64,000 bases of DNA, taken from NCBI GenBank assembly GCA_965262915.1, contig OZ253564.1:928001-992000 (forward strand), read 5' to 3'. The DNA comes from Candidatus Spongiisociaceae bacterium (GTDB lineage: Bacteria; Actinomycetota; Acidimicrobiia; Spongiisociales; Spongiisociaceae). Under the pieces are notes generated by a model. That model did not search any database. It had not been told where the DNA came from and worked only from the letters and a program-made list of their open reading frames with translations. Shown here piece by piece: positions 38,175 through 47,991 of this stretch (positions are counted from its first letter, which is position 1; every line of letters begins with the position of its first letter). Made by a program: the position numbers and the translations under genes.

Positions 38175-39218
38175 GTGACAGTGGACTCGGGCGAAACGGG
38201 CGGCGCCGCACCAGCCGGTGTTCGCCCGTCCGAGCCCGCGGTCCTTGATATCCGTGACTTGGCAGTGAGCTTCTTCACCCGTGCCGGGGAGGTCCGTGCG
38301 GTTGACCGCCTTTCGCTCAGCCTCAGATCAGGTGAGAGGTGGGGATTGGTGGGCGAGTCCGGGTCGGGGAAGAGCGTCACTGCGCGTGCCGTGCTCGGCC
38401 TGGTGGAGCGTCCCGGGCGGATACTCGGCGGTGAGATTCTCTTCGAGGGCCGCAACCTGCTGGGGTTGCCGGAAGCCGAACTCAGGCGGGTACGAGGCAA
38501 GGAGATCGCGCTCGTCTTCCAAAGCCCCTCGAACTCGCTCAACCCTGTCCTTCGAACCGGCAGGCAGTTGGAGGAATCACTCCGTTCCCATGTCGACTTG
38601 CCTCATGCCGTTACTCGTGACCGGGCATTGAGTTCGCTGAGGGCTGTCGGCATCTCCGAGCCCGTTCAGCTTGCGCGCGGGTATCCGCACGAGTTCTCGG
38701 GCGGGATGCAGCAGCGGCTCTACATCGCCATGTCGATCATCAACGAGCCGAAAGTCCTGATCGCTGACGAGCCGACGACGGCTCTCGACGTGACGATCCA
38801 GGCCCAGATCCTCGACCTGCTCCGCGACACCGTTGCCGACCGGGGGATGACCCTGTTGTTGATCACTCACAACATGGGTGTGGTCGCCAACATCTGCGAT
38901 CGAGTTGCAGTGATGTACGCAGGAGAGGTTGTCGAAACGGCAAGAGTCGACGAGCTCTTTGATAACCCGTTGCACCCCTATTCCCGTGCGTTACTGCGGT
39001 GCCTGCCCGATCCCACGAAGGGTCGTCAGCATCTTGAGGCCATCCCCGGTTCACCGCCCACCTCTACTGCGCAACCAGCCGGTTGCAGGTTCCGGGAGCG
39101 GTGCTCCTTCGCCCGGGATATCTGCAGTGAACACCCGGACCTCCTGGAAGTACAGCCGCAACGTTCGGTCCGTTGCTGGGTCGCGCAAGCGGAGAAACGA
39201 CTGCCCGACGATGCCTGA
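38175..39218 (+). CDS. Oligopeptide ABC transporter ATP-binding protein (DppD-like)
   Basis: GESGSGKS, FSGGMQQR, ADEPTTALDVT, HPYS and GCRF...C. Confidence 0.94.
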   Translation: MTVDSGETGGAAPAGVRPSEPAVLDIRDLAVSFFTRAGEVRAVDRLSLSLRSGERWGLVGESGSGKSVTARAVLGLVERPGRILGGEILFEGRNLLGLPEAELRRVRGKEIALVFQSPSNSLNPVLRTGRQLEESLRSHVDLPHAVTRDRALSSLRAVGISEPVQLARGYPHEFSGGMQQRLYIAMSIINEPKVLIADEPTTALDVTIQAQILDLLRDTVADRGMTLLLITHNMGVVANICDRVAVMYAGEVVETARVDELFDNPLHPYSRALLRCLPDPTKGRQHLEAIPGSPPTSTAQPAGCRFRERCSFARDICSEHPDLLEVQPQRSVRCWVAQAEKRLPDDA

Positions 39219-40302
39219 GGCCGATCCCGGATCAAGCGGACTCCCTGCTGAGGAAATGCAGGCAGCGGCGTTGGACGCGGGAAACGTGATTCTATCGTTG
39301 GGCAAGGTTGTCAAGCGTTTCCGGATACGCGGCGGGCTGCTACAACCCAGCCGGGTGGTGCATGCGCTCGACGGCGTGACACTCGACGTCAAGGCTGGGG
39401 AGACATTGGGCATTGTCGGTGAATCGGGGTCCGGGAAGACCACGCTGGCACGGATCATGGTCGGGCTGGAGGAACCAACCTCGGGCACCGTGACGGCAAA
39501 TGTGGATCGGTCTACTGCCTCGAAAGGCCCGACGCCGTCCGTCGGGGGTGCCGCGGAAGCGCAAATGGTGTTCCAGGATCCCACCGGTTCGCTCGATCCC
39601 CGGATGACCATCGGCGCCAGCGTGGGTGAGCCACTTACTCGCGAGCAAAGAAGCTTCAGGCGGAATCGCGTGCAGCAGATGCTCGACCTCGTCGGTCTTG
39701 AGCCCGGCACGATCAACCGCTACCCCCACCAGCTGTCCGGCGGTCAGCAGCAGCGTGCATGTATTGCCCGGGCACTTATCGGCGGTACCAAACTGGTCAT
39801 ATACGACGAGGCACTGAGTTCGTTGGACGTCTCGCTGCAAGCCCAGATAATCGGCTTGTTGGAGGAGCTCCAAGCGAAGCTCGGTCTCACATACGTATTC
39901 ATCTCACACGACTTGACGGTCGTCGAATCCATCGCCACGCGTACCGGGGTGATGTACCTCGGGAAGATGGTCGAGTTGGGCCGATCCGAAGATGTCCGAC
40001 GCAACCCCTTGCACCCGTACACCTTGGCGCTGCGCTCTGCGGTTCCGGTTCCAAACCCCGAAGTGGAAAGACGACGACGGCGCATAATCCTGCACGGCGA
40101 AGTAGGCAGCTCTATCAATCCTCCAACCGGTTGTCGCTTTCATCCTCGCTGTCCGCTGGCCGAACAGATATGCCGGGAAGAGGAGCCCGCATTCGTCGAG
40201 TACCAGCCGGGCCAGTGGTCGGCCTGCCATTTCACCAATACCTGGTCGGAGCACCCGACAGGTCACCCGCAAAGCCTCCAACAAAGAGTCAGCGCCGGAT
40301 GA
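39211..40302 (+). CDS. Oligopeptide ABC transporter ATP-binding protein (DppF-like)
   Basis: GESGSGKT, LSGGQQQR and PPTGCRFHPRC; ATG at 39211. Confidence 0.94.
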   Translation: MPEADPGSSGLPAEEMQAAALDAGNVILSLGKVVKRFRIRGGLLQPSRVVHALDGVTLDVKAGETLGIVGESGSGKTTLARIMVGLEEPTSGTVTANVDRSTASKGPTPSVGGAAEAQMVFQDPTGSLDPRMTIGASVGEPLTREQRSFRRNRVQQMLDLVGLEPGTINRYPHQLSGGQQQRACIARALIGGTKLVIYDEALSSLDVSLQAQIIGLLEELQAKLGLTYVFISHDLTVVESIATRTGVMYLGKMVELGRSEDVRRNPLHPYTLALRSAVPVPNPEVERRRRRIILHGEVGSSINPPTGCRFHPRCPLAEQICREEEPAFVEYQPGQWSACHFTNTWSEHPTGHPQSLQQRVSAG

Positions 40303-41255
40303 GGACCGCTCGCTTCGTTGCTGAACGAGTTCTTGGAGTGCTAGGTGTGCTCTTCGTCGTATCGATTCTGGTGTTCACGTTGGGCAACGAGCTGATCCCC
40401 GGAGACCAGGCGATTGCACTCGTTGGTAGCGAGGGTGCCACTCAGGAACAATTGGCAGAGGTGCGAGAGGAACTCGGTCTCAACGATCCCATCGTCGAGC
40501 GATACTGGGCCTGGCTCTCCGCTGCGGTCACCGGAGATTTCGGGGCGTCCGCCATCACACACATTCCGGTGCGCGACCAGTTGGCCGTTCAGATTCCCGT
40601 CTCATTCGAGCTGGCAGGTCTGGCGCTACTCGGGGCAGTCGTCATCGGTATTCCGCTCGGTATCCTGGCTGCAGTTCGCTCCAATCGCACTCCGGATGTG
40701 ATCATTCGTACGACACTTCTGGTGTCGTTCTCGGTACCTAGCTTTCTCTTCGGCATCTTCCTACTGTTCGCAGGAGCCACATACTGGAAGTCTCTCTATT
40801 CGTCGGTGTACATTCCATTCACCGAGGATCCCGGCGCCAACCTGCGGGTTATGATCCTGCCGGCGGTTTCCATTGCGCTCCCTGTCTCGGCGATCGTCAT
40901 GCAGATGACCCGTGGCGCGATGCTCGAAGCACTGAACGCACCGTTCATATTGGCCGCGACGGCGCGGGGTGTCTTGAGGGTGCGCATTCTCTTCATCCAC
41001 GCTTTGAAGAACGCTTTCCCTCCCATCCTCACCCTGGTGGGTTTCGTATTCGGCACTCTCCTGGCCGGGTTGGTCGTCGTTGAGGAGATCTTCGGCCTGC
41101 CGGGTCTTGGACGGGGCCTCATTCAATCGATCGCCCGCCGGGAGTGGGCGTCGGTCATGGCGATCAGCGTCGTCATAGCGGCTGCATTCGTCGTGACGAA
41201 CACGGTTGTCGACCTGGTGTATCCGATACTCGACCCGCGCCAGAGGGAAGCATGA
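40299..41255 (+). CDS. Oligopeptide ABC transporter permease (DppB-like)
   Basis: PGD...ELGLNDP, GDFG, HALKNA and EEIFGLPGLG; ATGA overlap. Confidence 0.93.
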   Translation: MRTARFVAERVLGVLGVLFVVSILVFTLGNELIPGDQAIALVGSEGATQEQLAEVREELGLNDPIVERYWAWLSAAVTGDFGASAITHIPVRDQLAVQIPVSFELAGLALLGAVVIGIPLGILAAVRSNRTPDVIIRTTLLVSFSVPSFLFGIFLLFAGATYWKSLYSSVYIPFTEDPGANLRVMILPAVSIALPVSAIVMQMTRGAMLEALNAPFILAATARGVLRVRILFIHALKNAFPPILTLVGFVFGTLLAGLVVVEEIFGLPGLGRGLIQSIARREWASVMAISVVIAAAFVVTNTVVDLVYPILDPRQREA

Positions 41256-42109
41256 CAAACGTGGATAAGGCTAAGGCGCCCCGCCGCACACGCCTGAGAG
41301 ACCGCTGGCGTTCGACACGACTGCCCGGAAAGGTCGCTGCGCTGGTTCTGTTGGTCTACCTGGTTCTCGCCGTGGCGGGTCCATGGATCGTTCCCACCGA
41401 TCCGAACGAGACCGGGGCGGGACCGTTTCTCACCGGCCCTTCGGCGGCAAACCTCATGGGCACCGATGAGTTGGGAAGAGATCAGCTCAGCCGAGTGGTG
41501 AGTGCGGCCCGGGTTGCTGTTCTCGTCGCGGTGGAACCCATAGTCCTCGCGCTGCTCGTGGGAGGGGCGTTGGGAGTCATCGCCGGGTACGTGGGAGGAG
41601 TGATCGACTTCTTGATCGCCCGAGCGATGGACGTCATGTTCGGCTTCCCCACGATCCTGCTCGCCATCCTGCTGGTTGCCGCACTCGGACCGAGCCTGAA
41701 CAATGCAATGATCGCGATCGCGATCGTGTATGTCCCCCGATTCGCCCGCATGGCGCGTTCGTCGACGCTCACGGTGCGTCACCGTCCCTATATGGAGGCG
41801 GCTCAGCTTGCGAAGATCAGGCCCGTACGACGTGTCATCCGCCATGTCGTCCCCAACATCCTTACCCCCCTCATCGTGCTGGCCGCCCTCAGCATGTCGA
41901 CGGCGCAACTGTCCTACTCGACGTTGAGTTTCCTGGGTCTGGCGACCAGCCCTCCGCAGGCCGACTACGGAAGCATGCTTGCGAGGGCGACCAGTCTGTT
42001 GGGCGTGGCACCCTGGTTGGTCCTCTTTCCAGGCTTAGCTCTCGTGTTGTTCATCGTTATGCTCAACGTCGCCGGCGATGCCGTACGCGAGACGCTGGAG
42101 CCCACATAG
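41252..42109 (+). CDS. Oligopeptide ABC transporter permease (DppC-like)
   Basis: MGTDELGRD, YMEAA, HVVPN and LSFLGL; ATGA overlap. Confidence 0.93.
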   Translation: MTNVDKAKAPRRTRLRDRWRSTRLPGKVAALVLLVYLVLAVAGPWIVPTDPNETGAGPFLTGPSAANLMGTDELGRDQLSRVVSAARVAVLVAVEPIVLALLVGGALGVIAGYVGGVIDFLIARAMDVMFGFPTILLAILLVAALGPSLNNAMIAIAIVYVPRFARMARSSTLTVRHRPYMEAAQLAKIRPVRRVIRHVVPNILTPLIVLAALSMSTAQLSYSTLSFLGLATSPPQADYGSMLARATSLLGVAPWLVLFPGLALVLFIVMLNVAGDAVRETLEPT

Positions 42110-42125
42110 AGATATGGAGTCCACA

Positions 42126-43106
42126 ATGAAGCGATTGAACGTTCTGTACTTCTCCCATCCGGACCCGACTCTCCTGACCGAGTGGCCCGGTCCGCTCGCC
42201 GATGCCATAAGTGACCGTCACGACATGCGCTTCTTCAACTACGACGAACCGGCCGAGCCACAGATAGCGGGAGTCGACGCGGTGGTGGCAATAGTCGGCA
42301 AGCCATTCGTCACCCACGACATGATCGATGTGGCCGCCGAGTTTGCCGGGCTCTGGCAGGTTTACGGCACCGGGCTCGATCATGCCGAAGTACCGTATCT
42401 CCGTTCCAAGGGGCTGCAGGTTGCCAACTGCCCCGGTCCCGGGAGTGCGGTGGCATTGGCGGAATGCGCCATGATGCACATGCTCATGCTCACCAAGCAG
42501 TACTCCCGGGCGCGGGCAAGTCTCGAAGAGGGCGTGCTCTACACCCCGTTCACCAACGAGCTGGAAGGTCAGAACCTGGTGATCGTGGGTTTCGGGGCCA
42601 GTGGCCGGGCTCTCGCCTATCGGGCCAAGTCCTTCGGTATGGCGATCCACGCGATCGACATCGTCGACCTCAGCGACGAAGACGCCGCGACATACGGCGT
42701 GGTGTTCTCCGGAGGTCCTGAGGACATCGACGATGTACTCGCCGAGGCCGACTACGTGTCACTCCATCTACACCTCACCGAAGAGACGCGGAACATCATC
42801 GATCGGCGGCGTTTGGGGTTGCTGAAGCCGTCGGCGATCGTGATCAATGTGGCGCGCGGGGAACTCATCGATGAGGCAGCGCTGGCAGAGGCACTTGTCG
42901 AGAACCGAATCGGTGGCGCGGGTATCGATGTGTACTCCGAAGAGCCACCTGACATGAGTGACCCTATCTTCGGGCTGAGCCATGTGACGACCACCCCGCA
43001 CAACGCCGGAGTCACTGACGGGACAGCGCGGCGACGGTCCGCCATGGTGGCTGAGAACTTGGATCGGATAGCGCAAGGTTTGGAACCCAACCACCTCGTA
43101 GGTTGA
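42126..43106 (+). CDS. D-isomer-specific 2-hydroxyacid dehydrogenase
   Basis: GTGLDH, IVGFGASG, INVARG, DVYSEEP and TPHNAG. Confidence 0.92.
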   Translation: MKRLNVLYFSHPDPTLLTEWPGPLADAISDRHDMRFFNYDEPAEPQIAGVDAVVAIVGKPFVTHDMIDVAAEFAGLWQVYGTGLDHAEVPYLRSKGLQVANCPGPGSAVALAECAMMHMLMLTKQYSRARASLEEGVLYTPFTNELEGQNLVIVGFGASGRALAYRAKSFGMAIHAIDIVDLSDEDAATYGVVFSGGPEDIDDVLAEADYVSLHLHLTEETRNIIDRRRLGLLKPSAIVINVARGELIDEAALAEALVENRIGGAGIDVYSEEPPDMSDPIFGLSHVTTTPHNAGVTDGTARRRSAMVAENLDRIAQGLEPNHLVG

Positions 43107-43131
43107 GAGTGATCGAGAACAGGAGACCGGG

Positions 43132-43902
43132 ATGATCAGAGAGCTCAAAAAGGCGTTGGCCCTCAAGAAGCGATTGTCAGAGGGGAAGGCCGTCATCGGC
43201 GCCCAGATCGGCTTCGACGACACGTCGATGGTCGAAATGCTCGCCAGGGCCGGCTTCGATTGGCTCGTCATCGATACCGAGCACGCCACTCATGATCTGG
43301 CGAGCGTCAAAGGCATGCTCCAAGCCGGTGTCCCCTGGGACGCCGTCGTCCTTGCCAGACCGCTGCGCATGGACAAAGAAGAGATACGTCGCTACCTGGA
43401 CATGGGATCGCCCGGAGTTCTGTGTCCTTTCATCGAGACCGGTGAGCAAGCTGCGAGTCTTGTCGCGGCGTGCCGCTATCCGCCTGCGGGGGTCCGTGGA
43501 TACGGACCGCGCCGGGGCGGCGTCTATGGATTCGATGCCGACGAGTACTTCGCGAAATCCAACGATGCGATGATCTGTATCCCGATCATCGAATCGCAGA
43601 AGGCGATCGGCAACATCGACGACATCGTGGCTGTGGACGGTATTACCGGCGTCATGATCGGGCCGATGGACTTGTCGATCGATCTCGGGGTCTTCTGCCA
43701 ATTCGAGAGCGACCGGTATGTGGAGGCGGTCCAGCAGGTCCGCGAAGCATGCGGGCGGCATGGCAAGGCCATGGGAACCGGGTGCTATAGCCTCGACCAC
43801 GCCAATGCTTGCCGGGCTCTTGGTGACCAGATCCTCCTGGCCGCCACCGATGAAGGGCTGATGAGGCAGGCTGCGGAAGGCGTCATCAAGAGTCTTCGCT
43901 GA
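43132..43902 (+). CDS. HpcH/HpaI aldolase family protein
   Basis: GFDWLVIDTEH, CRYPPAGVRG and IGPMDLS. Confidence 0.93.
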   Translation: MIRELKKALALKKRLSEGKAVIGAQIGFDDTSMVEMLARAGFDWLVIDTEHATHDLASVKGMLQAGVPWDAVVLARPLRMDKEEIRRYLDMGSPGVLCPFIETGEQAASLVAACRYPPAGVRGYGPRRGGVYGFDADEYFAKSNDAMICIPIIESQKAIGNIDDIVAVDGITGVMIGPMDLSIDLGVFCQFESDRYVEAVQQVREACGRHGKAMGTGCYSLDHANACRALGDQILLAATDEGLMRQAAEGVIKSLR

Positions 43903-43950
43903 GGTCGAGCCACCGGTGAACTCAGCGTTGGAGCGGAGCGCTGCCAAACC

Positions 43951-45051
43951 ATGACGACCATCCCCATTCGAGTCGGCGTCGTGGGTGCTGGGATCGGGGA
44001 AGAATATGTGGCCGCATTTCAACGGCTGCCCGAGGCCGAGGTGGCTGCCCTGTGTGCTCGCACGCACGATCGCATGGATGCGGTCGCCCGTAAGTATGGT
44101 GTAGCCCGCCGATACACGGACTATGTCGAGATGCTGGCGAACGAACGACTCGACGTTGTCGTCGTGGCTACGCCGAACCATCTCCATCATCCGATCACGA
44201 TGGCCGCACTCCATGCCGGAATCAACGTCGTGTGCGATAAGCCGCTTGCGCTCGACGTTCGCCAAGCGAGGGAGATGGTTCAAGGCGCCCGAGATGCGGG
44301 GGTGCGGCATCTTGTACCGTTTGTGTGGCGCTTCCTTCCGGCCGCTGCTTACGTCAAGGAGCTGGTGGATTCGGGCTTCGTCGGTACGCCCTATCACATC
44401 AACGCGCAGTACCTGAATCTGGGCTGGGGCGACATCCACGGCCCGATGCGCTGGTACTACGACAGGGCGCAAGCCGGCAGCGGAGCGCTGGGGAATCTTG
44501 GTTCGCACGCCATTGACCTGATCCACTGGTGGGTGGGGGAGTTCAGTCGCGTGACTGCACACCTCGGGACCGCCGTCAGGAAGCGATGGGCCGCCGATGG
44601 AAGAGGGCCATTCTCGGTCGAGGTCGACGACGTCTGTGCCCTCTTGGGAGAATCGGTTGGCGGAGCACAGGTCGTGTTGAACGCCAGCCTGGTGGCTCAA
44701 GTCGATCGTGTGAAGGTCGAGATCGGAGTCTACGGCAGCGAGGGTTCCTTGGTTCTCCACAACACCCTCAACGCCCCGGATGCCGCGGTCGGGCGCGTCT
44801 ATGGCATGAGTCGCGGGGACACCTCACCCCGGGCTCTGCGCGTCCCGGCTCGGTTGACTGCAGGTGCGTCCCGAGGTCCGACCGACCGGGCGCCTCTCCA
44901 CGGATGCTTCGATCAGATTGCCGCGGCGTTCGCGGATGCGGTCATACGAGGACACAAGGTCCATCCCGGCTTCGAGGCCGGCCTGGCTGTGCAGAGGGTC
45001 ATCGATGCCGTGCAGCGGTCGGCAAGGAACGGACAATGGGTGACGCCGTAA
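43951..45051 (+). CDS. Gfo/Idh/MocA family oxidoreductase
   Basis: VGVVGAG, ATPNHLH, CDKPLA and GALGNLGSHAID. Confidence 0.92.
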   Translation: MTTIPIRVGVVGAGIGEEYVAAFQRLPEAEVAALCARTHDRMDAVARKYGVARRYTDYVEMLANERLDVVVVATPNHLHHPITMAALHAGINVVCDKPLALDVRQAREMVQGARDAGVRHLVPFVWRFLPAAAYVKELVDSGFVGTPYHINAQYLNLGWGDIHGPMRWYYDRAQAGSGALGNLGSHAIDLIHWWVGEFSRVTAHLGTAVRKRWAADGRGPFSVEVDDVCALLGESVGGAQVVLNASLVAQVDRVKVEIGVYGSEGSLVLHNTLNAPDAAVGRVYGMSRGDTSPRALRVPARLTAGASRGPTDRAPLHGCFDQIAAAFADAVIRGHKVHPGFEAGLAVQRVIDAVQRSARNGQWVTP

Positions 45052-45073
45052 CGGATCCGGAACCGGCTTCCGC

Positions 45074-45970
45074 CTATATCCGGTAGATGCGTTCGGCGTT
45101 GCTGCTGAAAAGAGAGCTTCGCTCAGCGTCCGAAAAACCTGCGCTGATCTCAGAGAACGCGTCGAAAACGGTGTCGTAGTCACTGTAGAGCCTGTCGACG
45201 GGGAAGTTGCTCGCAAACATGCACCGATCAACGCCGAATGTCTCGATGGTCTCGAGCACGATGGGGCGGATGCCGGCGACGGTCCAGGAATGGTCCACCA
45301 GCCCCAGGCCGGAGATCTTGACGGCGACATTCGACTGGTCGGCGAGCTTCCGCATGCCACTCCTCCAGAGTTCCATGCCTTCTTCGTCCCCGTCGATCGG
45401 CATCCCGGTGTGGTTCAGGATGATCTGCGTATCAGGGAAGGCTCCAGCGAGGTTCGCAGCATCTGGCATCTGGGCGGGATACAACTGAAGGTCGAACGAG
45501 AGATCGTACTTCTCGAGTAGCCCGAACCCACGACGCCAATCGGAGTCCGTCATGTAATCGGACCGGCTCGTAAAGCTCAGCACCGGGTCCTCGTGCCAGT
45601 TCAGCATCTGGCGGATGCCGCGGAAATTGGGAAACCGGGCGTGGGACGCTAGAAGTTGCTCGACATCGGCGTCTTCGAGGTGGGCTGCACCCACGATGCC
45701 ATGGGGGAACCCGTGCTCGTCGGCGGCGGCTTGGAGCCATTCGCTCTCCCCCGCCGGGTTCGACGGATCGAATTCGCACTGGATGTGGACCGACTTGATG
45801 ACGTTCTGGCTACCCGTATCCTTGAGATAGTCCTCTACGAGGTACGTGTGGGTAATTGAAGAGTAGTTCCCCACGATGGTGTCCAGGGGCTCGCCGGATA
45901 GCCACACGTAGTAGTACTTCTCGAGATCCCACAGGTGGTGATGGGGATCGACGATCGGCATGTCCGACAT
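45074..45970 (-). CDS. Amidohydrolase_2 family protein (sugar lactonase-like)
   Basis: DPHHHLWD, RGIRQ, NHTGMP, VKISG and MFASNFPVD. Confidence 0.9.
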   Translation of the reverse strand: MSDMPIVDPHHHLWDLEKYYYVWLSGEPLDTIVGNYSSITHTYLVEDYLKDTGSQNVIKSVHIQCEFDPSNPAGESEWLQAAADEHGFPHGIVGAAHLEDADVEQLLASHARFPNFRGIRQMLNWHEDPVLSFTSRSDYMTDSDWRRGFGLLEKYDLSFDLQLYPAQMPDAANLAGAFPDTQIILNHTGMPIDGDEEGMELWRSGMRKLADQSNVAVKISGLGLVDHSWTVAGIRPIVLETIETFGVDRCMFASNFPVDRLYSDYDTVFDAFSEISAGFSDAERSSLFSSNAERIYRI

Positions 45971-46009
45971 TGGTACTCCTCACAGCGGCATTAGGCAGCC
46001 TACCGCTCT

Positions 46010-46087
46010 CGAGCTCCCTCGTCTGGAGATCTGGGTACTAGCCAGTTTGCCGTAGCCCTTGTCGTCAGTCACCAGGAGCGTGTCTTC
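46010..46087 (-). pseudogene. Possible C-terminal remnant of an M24 peptidase
   Basis: Minus strand reads EDTLLVTDDKGYGKL, like the M24 terminal strand; short match. Confidence 0.3.
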
Positions 46088-46370
46088 GGAGTTCTTCCCC
46101 CGACAAACCTGACGTGGCTACCTGAAGTGACCTGCCGCGGCAATATGCGCCACAGGTATGCCTTGCTCGGCGGCGCGGTGGACAATCGGGCGAAGCCCAT
46201 GGACTATCAATCGGGGGTTACCTTGACCGTCGAAGCCCCTCGATGGCGAAGGTGGGAATCTCCACTCCACCCAGGGTTCCCTACTCACGTCGACTCGGTT
46301 GCCCACATCCCGGCCGAGTACGTATAGCGGTCGCTACGATCTGCCCGGAATTGGCTAACGGAGCATACGA

Positions 46371-47351
46371 TTGGGATTGATGCACCAGGTGGTGAGCGAT
46401 CGCGAGATCCCCGTTTCGGTCCAGGCGGCAGTGAGAAGAACCTACGACTTCGAGTTGTCGGGCCTAACAGGAGCCCACCAAGCCGATGCCCTCATCGCGT
46501 CGGGGAATCTGGCAGTGACCGCCGATCTGATGGGGAGCTTGGCGGATCTCGCGGTCGTTTCTCGGACGGGGGTTGGATACGACAACGTGGATGTCGAGGC
46601 CGCCACCGACCTTGGGATAATGGTGTGCCTCGCCGTGGACGCACCCACGGTCTCCACTGCCGAGCACGCTCTGACCCTCGCTATGGCGGTGAGTAAGCGG
46701 CTTCTTCCGGCGCGGCGAGCACTGCTCGATGGTCGTCGCGATGTCTTCAACGACTTCGACGGGCTGGAGTTGAAAGGCGCCGTGATGGGCATCATTGGAT
46801 TGGGCCGGATCGGCAAGCATCTTGCAGTACTCAGCCGCGGTATCGGTATGCGGGTCCTCGCATATGATCCGTACCAGTCCGCAGACAGTTTCGTGCTGGC
46901 CGGCGTCGAGCAGGTGACGTTCGAGGAGTTGCTCTCCCAAAGCGACATTGTTTCGGTTCACGTCCCGTTGCGAACGGAGACCAGCGGCCTGATCGACAAG
47001 GCCGCACTCGCGAAGCTCCGCCGTGGAGCGATCGTGATAAACACGGCTAGGGGCGGGGTCGTGGACCACGCTGCCCTACTCGATGCCCTCGAGTCGGGTC
47101 GCTTGAGCGGCGCCGGCCTGGATGTGCTCGATTTCGAGGATCCGGTGGCGGACGAACTCATGGTCCACCCGAACGTTATGGCAACACCGCATATCGCGGG
47201 CGCTACGAGTGCCAGCCGTGAGCGGTTGTGGCTGACGGCGTTGACACAGGCCATCGACTCACTCGAGGGAGTGCAGCCGGCGGGCCTCCTCAACGTCGAC
47301 GTATGGGACAGGCATAAGGCTTCACTCGACAATAGGAGTATTGCCGGCTGA
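46371..47351 (+). CDS. D-2-hydroxyacid/phosphoglycerate dehydrogenase-like protein
   Basis: RTGVGYDNVD, IIGLGRIG, INTARG and TPHIAG. Confidence 0.9.
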   Translation: MGLMHQVVSDREIPVSVQAAVRRTYDFELSGLTGAHQADALIASGNLAVTADLMGSLADLAVVSRTGVGYDNVDVEAATDLGIMVCLAVDAPTVSTAEHALTLAMAVSKRLLPARRALLDGRRDVFNDFDGLELKGAVMGIIGLGRIGKHLAVLSRGIGMRVLAYDPYQSADSFVLAGVEQVTFEELLSQSDIVSVHVPLRTETSGLIDKAALAKLRRGAIVINTARGGVVDHAALLDALESGRLSGAGLDVLDFEDPVADELMVHPNVMATPHIAGATSASRERLWLTALTQAIDSLEGVQPAGLLNVDVWDRHKASLDNRSIAG

Positions 47352-47452
47352 GTTGACTTCTCGCGCGGCGGGAAAGGAAAGAGGCTTCATCGGCATCGGC
47401 GGATTGCAGCAATCACGTACGAGATCGAATCGACAGAACTGGAGGAAACCCA

Positions 47453-47902
47453 ATGGTTGCCACCCGAATTGACCACGTATCCGTAACCGTGAGCGACATG
47501 GATCGTTCGTTGGCCTTCTACTGCGGCTTGCTAGGCCTTGAGCGATCCGGGAGCCACCGGCTGACCAGAGAACCTATCGTCACCATGACCAACAAGCCCG
47601 TGGTTGACATGCTCGTCGAGCGTCTTACCGCGCCCGGCGATCCGGAGTTCTTTGTCGACCTCCAGCAGTATGTCTTGCCGCCAGGTGGTGTTTCGAATGC
47701 GCGACTCGGAGACGTGGGCCATAGCCATATCAGCTTCCTCGTGGATGACATGGACGCAGTGGTTGCCAGCCTGACGGAAGCCGGTGTGGAGTTTGTCAGT
47801 TCTCCCGTCCACTTCGATCTCGAGGATACAGGTGCTCTCAGTGCAGTCTTCTTCTATGACCCCGACGGGTATGCCCTAGAGCTGATGCATTACAAGCGTT
47901 AG
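47453..47902 (+). CDS. VOC/glyoxalase family protein
   Basis: HVSVTVSDMDRSLAFY and FFYDPDGYALEL; GGAGG RBS. Confidence 0.9.
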   Translation: MVATRIDHVSVTVSDMDRSLAFYCGLLGLERSGSHRLTREPIVTMTNKPVVDMLVERLTAPGDPEFFVDLQQYVLPPGGVSNARLGDVGHSHISFLVDDMDAVVASLTEAGVEFVSSPVHFDLEDTGALSAVFFYDPDGYALELMHYKR

Positions 47903-47991
47903 AGCAATGCTGGAACAATGACGATTGCGATAGGCCCGTCACTCGCTGACCTGGCATTTTGACGTCGGCCGACGGGCCGCAGGTGGATTGG

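Noticed and set aside
43177-44760. 527-aa minus-strand ORF (likewise 54545-56029 and 27206-28396)
   Set aside because: Antisense shadows of well-supported genes, expected at high GC
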